The notes: generated from the sequence alone by a model not told the origin. Positions 28,030-39,201 are shown, counted from the first letter of the stretch. The stretch is DNA of 64,000 bases from Candidatus Bathyarchaeota archaeon (GCA_963715865.1 OY970280.1:1088001-1152000), one strand, 5' to 3'. Program-made: numbers and translations.

Positions 28030-29220
28030 ATGAGTTCAAAAGAGGAAATAAATCAAGAGCTAAGAGCTTTAACATCTGGTTATAGATGGGTAATATTGCT
28101 TGTTGTTGTATATTCTTTTGTGGCTTCCAGTGTTGCTTTTGAATCAGCACCCCCTGCCCTTCCTGCAATGATAAAGGCGTTTTCTATAAATGATGTGCAT
28201 GCAGGTCTCATTATGTCAATCGTTCTTATTCCCGGACTTTTTTTGAGTGTACCATCAGGTTGGCTTTTAATTAAATATCAAGCAAAAAAGGTTGGTGTAA
28301 CTTCATTAATATTTGTTACAGCCGCTTCCTTTTTTACTTCTATTTCAAATTCTTTCGAAACAGTTCTTCTGTCAAGATTTATTTTAGGAGTTGGAGCAGT
28401 TTTAATCACAATAACAGGTTTCGCAGCAATTCCTCAGTGGTTTGAATCTCATGATTTGGGAAAAGCTATGGGCTTACTTGGAACTAGCTTTCCACTCTCA
28501 ATCGTTATCACTTTTCCCATCATGAGTTTTGTCACAACCAATTTTGGTTGGCGTTTCCCTTTCTACATTGCTACTTCTTTGGCAATTATTGCAACAGTGC
28601 TTTTTCTGACAGTTGTTAAAGATGGTCCCTATTCAAAGAATGCGATTGCAAAAGGTAGTCGCAAGACTTACTTTAATCTCGAGATTTGGAAATTGGGGTT
28701 CTGCTTACTTTGTGCGCAAGGTGCAACATTTTCGTTCTCAACATGGGCGCCGACCCTTTTCACCAGATTTTCTGGCTTGCCCAATATTCAAGCAAGTTTT
28801 TTGGCTAGTTTGAGCAGTTTTCCGACCATTTTTCTTGTTCCTCTTTTTGGATATTTGTCTGACAGAATGGGAAATAGGCGGTCCTTCGTTATATTTGGGT
28901 CCTTCTTGATGACAATTGCATTTGTTAGTATGGGGTTTGGTTTAAACATAGCAATGGTAGGTTCAGTTCTATTCTTAGGATTAGCCACTGCAATAATCTT
29001 ACCAGCTGCCAATTCAATGCCCTCTAAAATCTTAGGTAGTAGCCAAGCAGGAATAGGGTTTGGTATAGTATCAATTTGTAGTTTAGCGGGCGCAGTTTTG
29101 TTAGTTACTTTAGTCGGTTACCTAATAGATTCGACTAGCTCTTTAACGATACCTTTTCTTGCAATGGGTTTTTTTTCGGCAATGGGCGTCGTGCTAGCTT
29201 TTTCAATTAAAACAAAGTGA
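28030..29220 (+). CDS. MFS transporter
   Basis: About 12 TM helices; GWLLIKYQAKK and GYLSDRMGNRR motif A variants. Confidence 0.9.
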   Translation: MSSKEEINQELRALTSGYRWVILLVVVYSFVASSVAFESAPPALPAMIKAFSINDVHAGLIMSIVLIPGLFLSVPSGWLLIKYQAKKVGVTSLIFVTAASFFTSISNSFETVLLSRFILGVGAVLITITGFAAIPQWFESHDLGKAMGLLGTSFPLSIVITFPIMSFVTTNFGWRFPFYIATSLAIIATVLFLTVVKDGPYSKNAIAKGSRKTYFNLEIWKLGFCLLCAQGATFSFSTWAPTLFTRFSGLPNIQASFLASLSSFPTIFLVPLFGYLSDRMGNRRSFVIFGSFLMTIAFVSMGFGLNIAMVGSVLFLGLATAIILPAANSMPSKILGSSQAGIGFGIVSICSLAGAVLLVTLVGYLIDSTSSLTIPFLAMGFFSAMGVVLAFSIKTK

Positions 29221-29381
29221 CAAGGATTCTAATTCTGAATAGAACATACTGGAATCATCCGAGTCGTCATTATAATGAATATACTATTCTGGTTTGACTA
29301 TGTTGCCCCTTGATTTTATAAGAGTTATATAGTGAAAACTCTGATACGAAGACCAACTAAGGACCAAGGAGAAGAGGATAA

Positions 29382-31473
29382 ATGCAAAAGTCAGAAGAAA
29401 AACCAGTCCTTTTAGGATATGTACATTTTGATATGCCAACAATGCGTAATCACATTTCGGAATTCCTTGTAACTCAAGAAATATCAAACAAAGTTTTCCG
29501 AAATAAGTATGTAAAAATAGATGACGCAAATAAACACCTTTTCATTGGAAGAGTTATCGAAGGTCCCTTTTTCTTACCCGAAGAAGTTGAAAGAGGGTCT
29601 GCTTTTGCCCAAACCTCAATCCTGAGGGGGGACAAATTTCCAGTGGTTCCAAATTATTATGCACTTGCAAGGCTGAGAAAGCATTTGGAAAGCAAAAAGC
29701 CTTGCCATGAAAAGGAGAAAGGGCAACCAGAGTGGGTTGTGCTTAAGAAAAGACTTGAGACAATTCTCAACAACATAAATGGTATAGACATTAATCCTTT
29801 TGCGGCTTTTCTGACGACTCTTAACCTTACGTTCCAAGTTATAGATATGTACGCTGCTGTAAAACACAAGTATCCTGAGTTTTCTCTTGCATTCAACATA
29901 GCAACTCATGATTCACTAGCCGATAAGCCTGTTATCCAAAAAATAGACCCTAAAGTAAACTCTAGAATCAAAGAGGCTTGGATTAGAAGTAAAAAGTACG
30001 CAGATTTATGCGAAAGGGAGTTCTCAATAGTAATAGGAAACCCACCTTGGGGAGCAGTTCTAAGGGGTTCAATTGGACCTTTGGGAGATGAAGCACAAAG
30101 AGAAATCTATAAGGAAAAATTTCATAGCGCCACAGGAAAGTATGATTTTTATGTGTTGTTTATTGAACGCGGTCTGAGTTGGCTAAGAAGTGATGGTATA
30201 CTTTCGATGATAACACAAGTGACTTATGTCAGTCAAGACTTCGGAAAAGGAATACGTAAGGTTATAGAAGAAGAATCAGGGATGAAACTCTTCATAGACA
30301 TTTCGGACTTTGGAGCTACGATTTTTCCAAAACGAACGAATTATCCAGCAATTACAGTTTTAAAACACGGAATAGGAAAGAGAGACTTAGAATTGGTCGA
30401 GGTCAAGAGAATTGAGTAATGAAGATACAGAAAATGGAGTTATCAGAAAAGTTGTTCTAGATGCTATCAAGAATGGAAAAGCCGAAATTAAGGGCATCAA
30501 AGCTTCCATGAGAAAGGTCAGTATCTCTGAATTGTTCGAGGAAAAAGAATTGCATAATTTTGACGGTTGGTTGGTGACAGAATTGTTCGATCTTGAACAA
30601 GGAGTAACGTGGGGCGGAGAGAATTGCAAGGAGATATATGTAATAGGAAAAGAAGTTGCTGGTCATCTTGAGCAAAAACTCCTCTACAAAACCATTGGAG
30701 GTAGAGACATCAAGGCGGGAAGAATAGACTGGAGAGAAGAATACTTGATTTTCCCCTATGTTAGAGCAAAGTCCAAATGGATTCCAGTCTTCAGACACCC
30801 GAGTCTTGGTGGTGACGACGCACTTGATTTTGCGAAATCAGTGAGCAGTACTGAGGAGGGGAAGGATATTAAGGGAAAGTTGAACTATAGAATCGCCAAA
30901 GGTTTGGTCAGTTATCCTCTTGTTGCGAGTTATTTTGTCGAGCATTACGAAAAATTGGAAAACAGAGAATTTGAAGATAAGAAGATGTCCAGCTATAACA
31001 AGTGTTGGTATGAGTATCACAGACCAAGAAAGGTTAGTCTTCTTAAGAAACCGAAAATTGGTTACAAGAGAGTAATGAAAGACCCATCCTTTGCGATAGA
31101 CGAAAAAGGATACTTGCCAAGAGACTCTGTTGTTTCGATGACTCCCAGGAATAAATTCGCTGAATTGAAAGCCAACATTGAGAGTATACTTAAGAAAGAA
31201 GTCACGGTGGAGCAGGCTTTAGGTTATGCTGTTGCTTTTCTAAACTCGGATTTGTTCCGCGAAGTTCTTGAGCATAGAAGGTCCAAGAAGCGTGGGGGAT
31301 ATCCAATTGTTGATGAACGTCTAATGAAAAGATTTACTATTCCAAGGGGCACCAGCAAAGACGTGTCTATATTGAACAAAATCCTGCAAGGAAATGCTGA
31401 TGAGAAAGATCTGCTAATTCTGTGTCGCCCTTCAAGAAAGAAGCAAGCAAAACTAACCCATTTACAAAAATAA
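29382..31473 (+). pseudogene. Degraded type IIG-like N6-adenine restriction-modification gene fused to a foreign N-terminus, with a frameshift near 30410
   Basis: GIDINP (motif II), IGNPPW (motif IV), KYDFYVLFIERG; no motif I; TaqI-like TRD in 30412..31473; first ~95 aa resemble a HerA/DUF87 HAS-barrel. Confidence 0.7.
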
Positions 31474-31525
31474 TCTGCGATCCAAGTGGCCTGGTACACT
31501 TCCATCATGTTGTGAACGTTTTTGG

Positions 31526-31837
31526 TTACTTGCAGTATTTTGCTGTTTCTTCAATGTAATTTTTGACCTCTTGAAGTAATGCAGGCGAATAAAACTGAAG
31601 ACGAATCTTCGCTTTTTGTCTACCCTTGAAATGTGCGGTGAGCGTTTCGCCTTTTATTTCGGCTTTATCAAAATCGCGTAAAAGGTACATTTCGGGGTCT
31701 TGCCTCTCCATGATGTTAAGGCGCTGGTTATGTGTCTCTTGTTGGATGATGAGGTGACATGTGGTTAACCAGCCTACACCATTTGCCAGCTTGAAGGATA
31801 AGATCGTCTTTTCGTCTGGAAAACCGTCAAATTTCAT
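31526..31837 (-). CDS. Hypothetical protein
   Basis: 103 aa ATG ORF with GGAGAGAG upstream. Confidence 0.65.
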   Translation of the reverse strand: MKFDGFPDEKTILSFKLANGVGWLTTCHLIIQQETHNQRLNIMERQDPEMYLLRDFDKAEIKGETLTAHFKGRQKAKIRLQFYSPALLQEVKNYIEETAKYCK

Positions 31838-32091
31838 AATGCTCTCTCTATCCTTGGTCCTATTTTGATTTTTTCTGTCATCTGCTTTCTCAACAATCCA
31901 CGGAGCAGTACTTATCTCGCGACAATATATGACTCATAAGCTACAAAGGGGGTGCTGAAATCAAGCAACAGGTAACAAATATCGCTGAAAAACATAACTT
32001 CGCAATGAAAGAAGAGAAAGGCCAAAATCTTTCCACAAGATTTATATTTGTAGTTACAATTTTCTTTTCCTATTATTTTTGTTATAAAATC

Positions 32092-32154
32092 TTTTAAGTA
32101 AGTTCGTAACAACTGGGGTTCTGTTGGGCGAGAGCATTTACGCTTCTTGCTCAA
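32092..32154 (+). promoter_or_regulatory. TATA box plus 5' leader hairpin of surface protein 3
   Basis: TTTTAAGT at 32092; stem TTGGGCGAGAGC/GCTTCTTGCTCAA at 32124-32154. Confidence 0.65.
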
Positions 32155-32184
32155 TGCAAAATAAAAATTAGAAGGAAAAGAAAA

Positions 32185-34779
32185 ATGCAAAATAAGAAAA
32201 CTCTGATTGCTTTGATTTTAGTGGTAATTCTAACAACTCCAATGATGATGCAATTAGGCCAAGTATTTGCTCAAACGACATTGAATGTCCCAGACTATCT
32301 ATATGTCAATGCATCACCTAATCCCGTAGGCGTCGGCCAAACCGTATACGTTAGCCTCTTCTTCTCTAAACCTATACCCATAATCAACGGTACCAGTTTC
32401 TTCTTGGCGGCAACCCAGTACATAGGTTTAAAAATTAACATTGTCAAGCCAGATGGAACTAATGAGACTCTCGGACCATATACATCTGATACAACAGGCG
32501 GTGTAGGTGCAGTAGAATTCGTGCCCGCTGCGGTCGGGAACTATACCTTCCAAGGTATATTTCCTGGACAATCATTAGGGACGGACCCTACTGGTACGAC
32601 CTATAATATGGACCCAGCTATTAGCCCTGCAGTTAAACTAGTTGTGCAGCAGGAACCGGTAACGACATATTCTAGTCCTCCGCTTCCAACAGAATACTGG
32701 ACACGCCCATTATACGCATCAAACTATGGATGGCCGCAAACGATTGGTGGAAACTGGTATGGCTTAGGAAGACCCGGATTCGACAATACTGGCGGATATG
32801 ATGGTTCTGGAAACAACTTCCAACCATACAGCACTGCACCAACTACTGCTCACGTACTTTGGACTAAACTGACAACAACAGGGGGTCAACCTGGCGGGGA
32901 AACTCCCGCTAACGAAATGAGCGCTTACACGGCATCTTCCCCACTATACCACTTCTTTGAACCGATAATTCTCAACGGAATACTATACTACAATTGGTAC
33001 GCAGCTCAAACCGATGTGGCTGGCATTGCTGCAGTGAATCTCCGCACAGGACAAACACTGTGGGTTCAGAATACTACTGACATATTAATTTACGGTCAAG
33101 TGATAACATACCACACAGTTGAGGAATTCGGCTCTCAAGCATTTCTATGGACATCGCATTTAGCCGGCTATGGCGCTCCCGGGATGTTTGGCCCCACTGC
33201 CCTCTACGATTATAACATACTGGATCCAGTGACTGGAAATCAGATGGCCACCGTAACCGATATTCCTAGCAGTATAGCTAATCTCTTCGGAACATCACCA
33301 AATGCACTTATAGATTCGAATGAAAGCAACTGCGCAGGATCAATACTAATCTGCTATGTCGACTACAGCAATAATCTCGTAATGTGGAACTCATCCCTAT
33401 GTCTTGCTGGTCCAATGGCAAGCGGTGGATTAGCAGAAATTTTCACAGGTAATTTTAAGCCAACAGGCTCCTACAACTTTACACAGGGCATAGAATGGTC
33501 AGTACCGCTTCCAACTGCAAATCCAGCATTTGGCATCGCTAAAGAAACTAACCAAGCAATACTCTTGAGTTCACACCCAGCTGTCCTTTCGACGTTTGCC
33601 AACCAGTTTGGCGCTTCTTACGCTACAGATGTAGCGTACAATCCTATTACGGGAGCATTATTATGGGGACCAAAAAACCAGACGTTGACGAATTTTGATG
33701 ACATAGGAATAGTAGCTGCAGGCGACGGCGTATACGTGAGACATGACAAAGACACAAATCAAGTATATGGTTATTCAATGACAACTGGTCAGCAACTCTG
33801 GGGACCAACTCAACTTGTAGGAAACGCTTTGAGTACTATCTATAGTGATGCTGCTATCGCTTACGGTCGATGCTACATCTGGGACATGGGTGGTTACGCG
33901 AACGCTGTTGATCTTGCAACCGGAAAACTTGACTGGACCTTCACCCGCGGATCCGCCGGATATAACACACCATACGGTATATATCCTAACTGGGTCTTCG
34001 GTGTGGGAACCCTTGCTGACGGCATGCTATTCCTTTCTGAAGGTCGTTGCTATGATCCACCGCTGTTTCCAGGCGGAGAGAAACTTGCGATAAACTGCAC
34101 TGATGGCTCGCTTGTCTGGGAAATAAGCGGCGCTTTCCAGAGATCTCCATCTCCTGTTGCGGACAGCGAAATGCTTGGATGGAACGGTTATGACGGTCAA
34201 ATATACGCCTTCGGCACTGGACCAACCAAAACTACTGTCACCGCACCTGACGTTGGCGTAACAACCGCAACACCAGTGACGATAACGGGCACAGTAACGG
34301 ATATCTCTGCTGGCGCATCGCAAGAAGCAGTTGCAGCGAACTTCCCCAACGGGTTGCCTTGCGTATCTGACGCTAGCATGACTCCGTTTATGGAAGCCGT
34401 TTACGAGCAGCAACCAATGCCGACCAACGATACGGGAATCCCAGTGACAGTAGCTGTTACGGACTCTAACGGCAACTGTTACGACATAGGCACTGTCACA
34501 ACCAGCCCAACCGGCACCTTCGGCCTAACATGGACACCTATTATCTCAGGCAACTTTACAGTTACTGCAACTTTCGCGGGCACACAATCATACTATGGAT
34601 CTTCAGCTACAGCATACTTCTATGCCAGCGCAGTAGCACCAACAGCTGCACCAACCGCTACACCTCAATCAAACCTTGCAACCACAGCAGACCTAATGAC
34701 GTACATGGTCGCTGTAGCAATCGCTATAATCATTGCAATAGCCATAGTCGGATTCCTCATACTCAGGAAACACCCATAA
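32185..34779 (+). CDS. Cell-surface PQQ-like beta-propeller protein (paralog 3)
   Basis: Same architecture as paralog 1; RKHP tail. Confidence 0.88.
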   Translation: MQNKKTLIALILVVILTTPMMMQLGQVFAQTTLNVPDYLYVNASPNPVGVGQTVYVSLFFSKPIPIINGTSFFLAATQYIGLKINIVKPDGTNETLGPYTSDTTGGVGAVEFVPAAVGNYTFQGIFPGQSLGTDPTGTTYNMDPAISPAVKLVVQQEPVTTYSSPPLPTEYWTRPLYASNYGWPQTIGGNWYGLGRPGFDNTGGYDGSGNNFQPYSTAPTTAHVLWTKLTTTGGQPGGETPANEMSAYTASSPLYHFFEPIILNGILYYNWYAAQTDVAGIAAVNLRTGQTLWVQNTTDILIYGQVITYHTVEEFGSQAFLWTSHLAGYGAPGMFGPTALYDYNILDPVTGNQMATVTDIPSSIANLFGTSPNALIDSNESNCAGSILICYVDYSNNLVMWNSSLCLAGPMASGGLAEIFTGNFKPTGSYNFTQGIEWSVPLPTANPAFGIAKETNQAILLSSHPAVLSTFANQFGASYATDVAYNPITGALLWGPKNQTLTNFDDIGIVAAGDGVYVRHDKDTNQVYGYSMTTGQQLWGPTQLVGNALSTIYSDAAIAYGRCYIWDMGGYANAVDLATGKLDWTFTRGSAGYNTPYGIYPNWVFGVGTLADGMLFLSEGRCYDPPLFPGGEKLAINCTDGSLVWEISGAFQRSPSPVADSEMLGWNGYDGQIYAFGTGPTKTTVTAPDVGVTTATPVTITGTVTDISAGASQEAVAANFPNGLPCVSDASMTPFMEAVYEQQPMPTNDTGIPVTVAVTDSNGNCYDIGTVTTSPTGTFGLTWTPIISGNFTVTATFAGTQSYYGSSATAYFYASAVAPTAAPTATPQSNLATTADLMTYMVAVAIAIIIAIAIVGFLILRKHP

Positions 34780-35062
34780 AAACAGCACAACCAAAAAATT
34801 CACTTTCCCCTTTTTTAGTCTCAAAAAGCAATGGAGAAAAGATACAGGGCTGAGAAGGCTCTGGTAAAATTTACCATACAATCGTGATTAGCATTTGCAT
34901 TCTTTTCTTCTCCTTAAAGAGTGTTCCAGAGCCCCAGCAAACCCCACGTAAAAGTCAATTATGTAACTAGATTTTCACTTTCACTTACCTCTCTACTGCT
35001 TAGCTGAGTCGTTTGTTCACTTTCCTTTTAAGCAATCTGAGCCATATGCATGAGCCCCAAGT
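34780..35062. repeat. Conserved 3' element, copy C
   Basis: Near-identical to copy A. Confidence 0.92.
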
Positions 35063-35070
35063 GAACGCGT

Positions 35071-35298
35071 ATGAAAAAGAAATTAGCTGTTTTAGCCACA
35101 GAGGAAGATCTCTTAGTAGATTTGACTTTTCATGGCGTTCCAGCTTTGCTCATTAGCGACTTTGCGGAAAAAATCGTTAGACCTTACTTCAACGGCAACT
35201 TGAACGCTGCCATCCAAGACCTAATCCACAAAGCACTCGCAGAACAAGGCTTCGTCTTATCCCACATAACGCATGCCCGAAATTCTGTGGAGGCTTAG
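35071..35298 (+). CDS. Small hypothetical protein
   Basis: 75 aa ATG ORF immediately after the repeat. Confidence 0.6.
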   Translation: MKKKLAVLATEEDLLVDLTFHGVPALLISDFAEKIVRPYFNGNLNAAIQDLIHKALAEQGFVLSHITHARNSVEA

Positions 35299-35382
35299 AA
35301 GATGGGCAAATGTATTCGAAAAATTTGCTCTCTTCCAACACTTTTATGCTAATCTAATCATATTATACAGTGGTGGCTCTTC

Positions 35383-35991
35383 ATGAACGTGAAGGAAGCC
35401 TTATCTAAGCTACAAAGTTACTCGAAGGAGCTTGGCCTCGACTTAACTAAAGCCGAGGATAGGTTCAAATGGTTCTTGGCTTCGATACTTTTTGCCAAAA
35501 GAATCTCAGCTGAAACTGCCAAAGAGACTTATCTGTATTTTGAACAGGAGGATTTGACGAGCCCGGACGCCATATTGGAAGCTGGGTGGGACCGCTTGGT
35601 GGAAGTTCTTGACTCTGGGGGTTACACTAGATACGACTTCTCCACAGCCACAAACCTTCTGGGAATCGCAAAAATGCTGAAAGAAAAGTACGGCGACCTT
35701 GAACACCTTCATGCAGAATCTAGCAGCCCCGCAGACTTGGAGAATCGCCTGCAAGAGTTCAAAGGTGTTGGCCCTGTAGGTGTAAACATATTCCTAAGGG
35801 AACTGCGGGGAATCTGGGAAAAAGCAAAACCCAAGCCTTCTCCCTTAGCAGTTGCAACCGCACAGAAAATTGGTCTTAACCGAGAAGATGTGGAACGCTA
35901 CGAATCTCAACTCGTTCGATTAAACCTTGAGTACTGCAAGAAACACCGAAGCTCAGAATGCCCGCTTAAAGAGGAATGCCCAGATAAGTAG
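35383..35991 (+). CDS. HhH-GPD superfamily (endonuclease III-related) protein
   Basis: HhH motif LQEFKGVGPVGVNIFLRE; C-terminal partial Fe-S-like motif CKKHRSSECPLKEEC. Confidence 0.75.
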   Translation: MNVKEALSKLQSYSKELGLDLTKAEDRFKWFLASILFAKRISAETAKETYLYFEQEDLTSPDAILEAGWDRLVEVLDSGGYTRYDFSTATNLLGIAKMLKEKYGDLEHLHAESSSPADLENRLQEFKGVGPVGVNIFLRELRGIWEKAKPKPSPLAVATAQKIGLNREDVERYESQLVRLNLEYCKKHRSSECPLKEECPDK

Positions 35992-36108
35992 GCACTCAAT
36001 AGCGATTTACACTGGGGCACCAATCCAATTTAGCACTAACTTGCGTTTTCATTTATTATGTCCAGATTTGGAAAAGTCTTATTAGATCAGATTTTTCACT
36101 CTAGACCA

Positions 36109-37410
36109 ATGAAATTCAAGCAATTGACAGTTCTGCTTATTCTTCTGTTGATTTTACCACTTTTCCTAAACTACGGTTTGCCGACCAAAGCGGTCACAAC
36201 ACAAACTTCACCAAGTCTATACGTTGGCGTTGATGTTGCCTACGAAAGCATAGCTGCAACTGAACAATTAATTGATAACATTAGTTCTTACACTAATTTC
36301 TTTGTAATTGGATGCACTGGAAACTATAATGAAACCAGACTTACTATCATCAGCCAATACGTCTATGACAAGGGCTTGACCTTCATAGTTTACTCCGATA
36401 TACCTAGGTATCCCTCGAGACAATGGCTTGAAGATGCCAAGAACAATTGGGGTAACAGTTTTCTGGGAATTTATTACTATGATGAAGAAGGTGGAAAGCA
36501 ACTTGACCAGTCCAATTACCCGTTTGTCACAGCGGCAGTTAACTATAGTGACGCGGCGGAGAGCTACGTTAATACCATGAATTGGCGGCTACGCAGCGGA
36601 CCGTATGCAATTACCAAGAATTTTGCTTACCCAACAGAATATCAATTGTTCACCTCAGACTATGCGCTTTACTGGTATGATTATGAGGCAGGGTATGATA
36701 CGGTTTTCGCGGAGTTTGGCATGAATTACAGCCGACAACTGAATGTTGCTCTCTGCAGAGGTGCAGCCACTGTTCAAAACAAGGATTGGGGTGTCATGAT
36801 AGATTGGACGTACACCCAGCCGCCCTATATTGAGTCAGGTCCAGAACTTTATAACGACATGGTGCTGGCATATGAAAATGGCGCAAAATACATCATCGTG
36901 TTTGACAGCAACAAAAATTGGACTCAAAACATTCTACAGCAAGGACATCTTGATGCTATGAAGCAGTTCTGGCAGTATGCCCAAGCCAACCCCAGAACCA
37001 TCAGCCCAGTAAGCGACAGAACAGCATATGTTCTTCCTGAGGATTATGCCTACGGTTTTCGCGGACCAAAAGACAAAATCTGGGGACTATGGACAAATGA
37101 TTCACTTACCCTTGACATCAGCATGAGCGTAGCCACACTCTTCCAAATGAGCGGCAACAACCTAGACATAGTTTACCCAGATGGACCGCAAACGATAGAA
37201 TCTGTAGGATACCGCAGCATCATCTACTGGAACGACACAAGACTTATACCCAATATGCCCACCATGCAATCCCCAAGCCCTATCCTACCTACGCCATCAC
37301 CTCACCCTCAACAAGACCCTTCCTTGCTGTTTTATGCGATTGCAACATGCATCCTAGTTACTGTTGCGGTTGCTACCGCAGTTTTAGAGGTTCGAAGAAG
37401 ACGCCGATAA
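36109..37410 (+). CDS. Secreted, C-terminally membrane-anchored protein of unknown function
   Basis: Signal peptide from ATG 36109; aromatic-rich core; Pro/Thr linker, TM helix and RRRRR tail. Confidence 0.8.
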   Translation: MKFKQLTVLLILLLILPLFLNYGLPTKAVTTQTSPSLYVGVDVAYESIAATEQLIDNISSYTNFFVIGCTGNYNETRLTIISQYVYDKGLTFIVYSDIPRYPSRQWLEDAKNNWGNSFLGIYYYDEEGGKQLDQSNYPFVTAAVNYSDAAESYVNTMNWRLRSGPYAITKNFAYPTEYQLFTSDYALYWYDYEAGYDTVFAEFGMNYSRQLNVALCRGAATVQNKDWGVMIDWTYTQPPYIESGPELYNDMVLAYENGAKYIIVFDSNKNWTQNILQQGHLDAMKQFWQYAQANPRTISPVSDRTAYVLPEDYAYGFRGPKDKIWGLWTNDSLTLDISMSVATLFQMSGNNLDIVYPDGPQTIESVGYRSIIYWNDTRLIPNMPTMQSPSPILPTPSPHPQQDPSLLFYAIATCILVTVAVATAVLEVRRRRR

Positions 37411-37512
37411 TCTGCATATTTTTAAGCGAAGGCAGATGTTTTCAGATAGATAATTTAAATAGGGCACATCTTTAAAATTAATCTTGGAAAATGCCCAGTA
37501 AGCTGAGAACGT

Positions 37513-38211
37513 ATGAGCAGGAAAACAATTTACTTCCAGCATAGCTTTCTATTCTTCGCATTCCTACTGGTCTTATTGTTTGTTGTTGTTGCGCTAGTTT
37601 TTGTTGGGGTCATAAGCATTGCCTTCGCAGATGTCGGCTTCACTCCTGTTATTATCTTGCTGATTTTGGTCGGAACCTTGATTGGAAGTTTTATCAACAT
37701 TCCATTGCTGAAACTGAGAACCGCCATGCCCGTTGTACATGAAGATTATGTCAGCTGGTTCGGCATGACCTATCGAATTCCCCATGTGGAGTACGGAGAA
37801 GCCATCACAGTGGTCGCAGTTAACGTTGGAGGCGCCCTGATACCAACCGCTGTGAGCATTTACCTGCTCAGCAAATCCCCGCTCTCAACGATTTTTCTCA
37901 GCTTCATAGGCGTCTTAGCCGTTGCACTGGTAACCCACGCCGTAGCCAGACCCGTAAAAGGCGTAGGAATAGCCACCCCAGCGTTCATCCCTCCAATAGC
38001 CGCAGCAGTAGCTGCAATCATCCTTTTGCCATCGCAACCGCGAACAATCGCATACGTCGCGGGCACACTTGGAACGCTCATAGGCGCTGACCTATTGAAC
38101 CTTCGGAAGATTCCCAAGCTCGGCGCGCCAGTTGCCAGCATAGGCGGAGCAGGCACCTTCGACGGCGTATTCTTAAGCGGCATAATCGCAGTGTTGTTGG
38201 CTGGACTGTAA
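37513..38211 (+). CDS. DUF1614-family membrane protein
   Basis: GSFINIP, AVNVGGALIP, GIATP, GTLIGADLLNL, SIGGAGTFDGVFLSG. Confidence 0.88.
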   Translation: MSRKTIYFQHSFLFFAFLLVLLFVVVALVFVGVISIAFADVGFTPVIILLILVGTLIGSFINIPLLKLRTAMPVVHEDYVSWFGMTYRIPHVEYGEAITVVAVNVGGALIPTAVSIYLLSKSPLSTIFLSFIGVLAVALVTHAVARPVKGVGIATPAFIPPIAAAVAAIILLPSQPRTIAYVAGTLGTLIGADLLNLRKIPKLGAPVASIGGAGTFDGVFLSGIIAVLLAGL

Positions 38212-38358
38212 AATAAAAACAGGGATTTTTTTTTTAACGGGAAACTTGAAAACTTTAGCTGAAATTCATAAGTAATAAAAACGGACCTTCCAAATTTCTA
38301 TCTGCGTCAGCTTAACCAAGGACGATAATCAGAATAACTAATAGTTGAGGAATAACAT

Positions 38359-38604
38359 ATGGGCAACGGGGCGTTTGGTGGATATCTCTCGTTATTTGGC
38401 TTTGTTCTTTTAGTCATAGGTATCTTAGTAGCTTATTCATCAGTGGGCATGGTTCAGCAGAATTCTTTTAGTTCAGATTATTCAACGCTCTCAGATGCGT
38501 CTTTAATACTATTTATAGGCGCTATGGTTGGAGTAGTTGGAGCAGTGCTCTTATTAATTGGGTTTCTTTCACCAAAACGTGAACTGAGACACCTATACTA
38601 TTAG
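38359..38604 (+). CDS. Small two-TM protein
   Basis: Two hydrophobic helices; GAGGA upstream. Confidence 0.65.
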   Translation: MGNGAFGGYLSLFGFVLLVIGILVAYSSVGMVQQNSFSSDYSTLSDASLILFIGAMVGVVGAVLLLIGFLSPKRELRHLYY

Positions 38605-38730
38605 CGCTATGAGCGCGGTTTCTTCCTTTTTTTGTTGACTCAGCGTTGTTATTAGTTACTGAGTTTGAATCTTTATTCTGAATTATCAAAGTTTATTTTG
38701 CTATTTATAGAGAAGTAATCAGGTGCAAAG

Positions 38731-38937
38731 TTGGCAACTTCAAAAGGCAAACGCAAACGCAATAGAACCATGATAATTATGCTTCTTCCAGCACTCATCG
38801 TCATATTTATTATTGGATGGTTCATGTACTGGATGGGCGACCAAAAAAGAAGTGACAAGATACAGCGTAAACAACCCAAAAAAGACTACGTAACCATTAT
38901 GCCCATAGTTTTTGAAGAACCACAAGAAAATGCATAA
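38731..38937 (+). CDS. Small one-TM protein
   Basis: Basic N-terminus, TM helix; AGGTG upstream of the TTG start. Confidence 0.6.
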   Translation: MATSKGKRKRNRTMIIMLLPALIVIFIIGWFMYWMGDQKRSDKIQRKQPKKDYVTIMPIVFEEPQENA

Positions 38938-39056
38938 TGCAAAATGCAACAGCTTTTTTTCAATCATTTGCCACTTTTAAGCTAAATTATGCGTAAAGGG
39001 TGGTAAAGAGTTATTGGTAAAGGATAAGGCTGTTTTAACCTTATTTGGGGAAAATA

Positions 39057-39133
39057 TGGCGCCGCCGAAAGGATTCGAACCTTTGACCGACTGGTTAACA
39101 GCCAGCCGCTCTACCGGGCTGAGCCACGGCGGC
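39057..39133 (-). tRNA. tRNA-Asn(GTT), CCA encoded, no intron
   Basis: Acceptor GCCGCCG/CGGCGGC, anticodon loop CTGTTAA, T-loop GGTTCGAATCC. Confidence 0.97.
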
Positions 39134-39201
39134 AAAGCACAATGCATATGCCACTGTGGAGTTTCACAAAAGTATTTAAGTTTAGTCTTCTCGAAAACCA
39201 G

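Noticed and set aside
39057-39133. tRNA-Asn as the attachment site of the accessory region
   Set aside because: I found no duplicated tRNA-Asn end elsewhere in the window.
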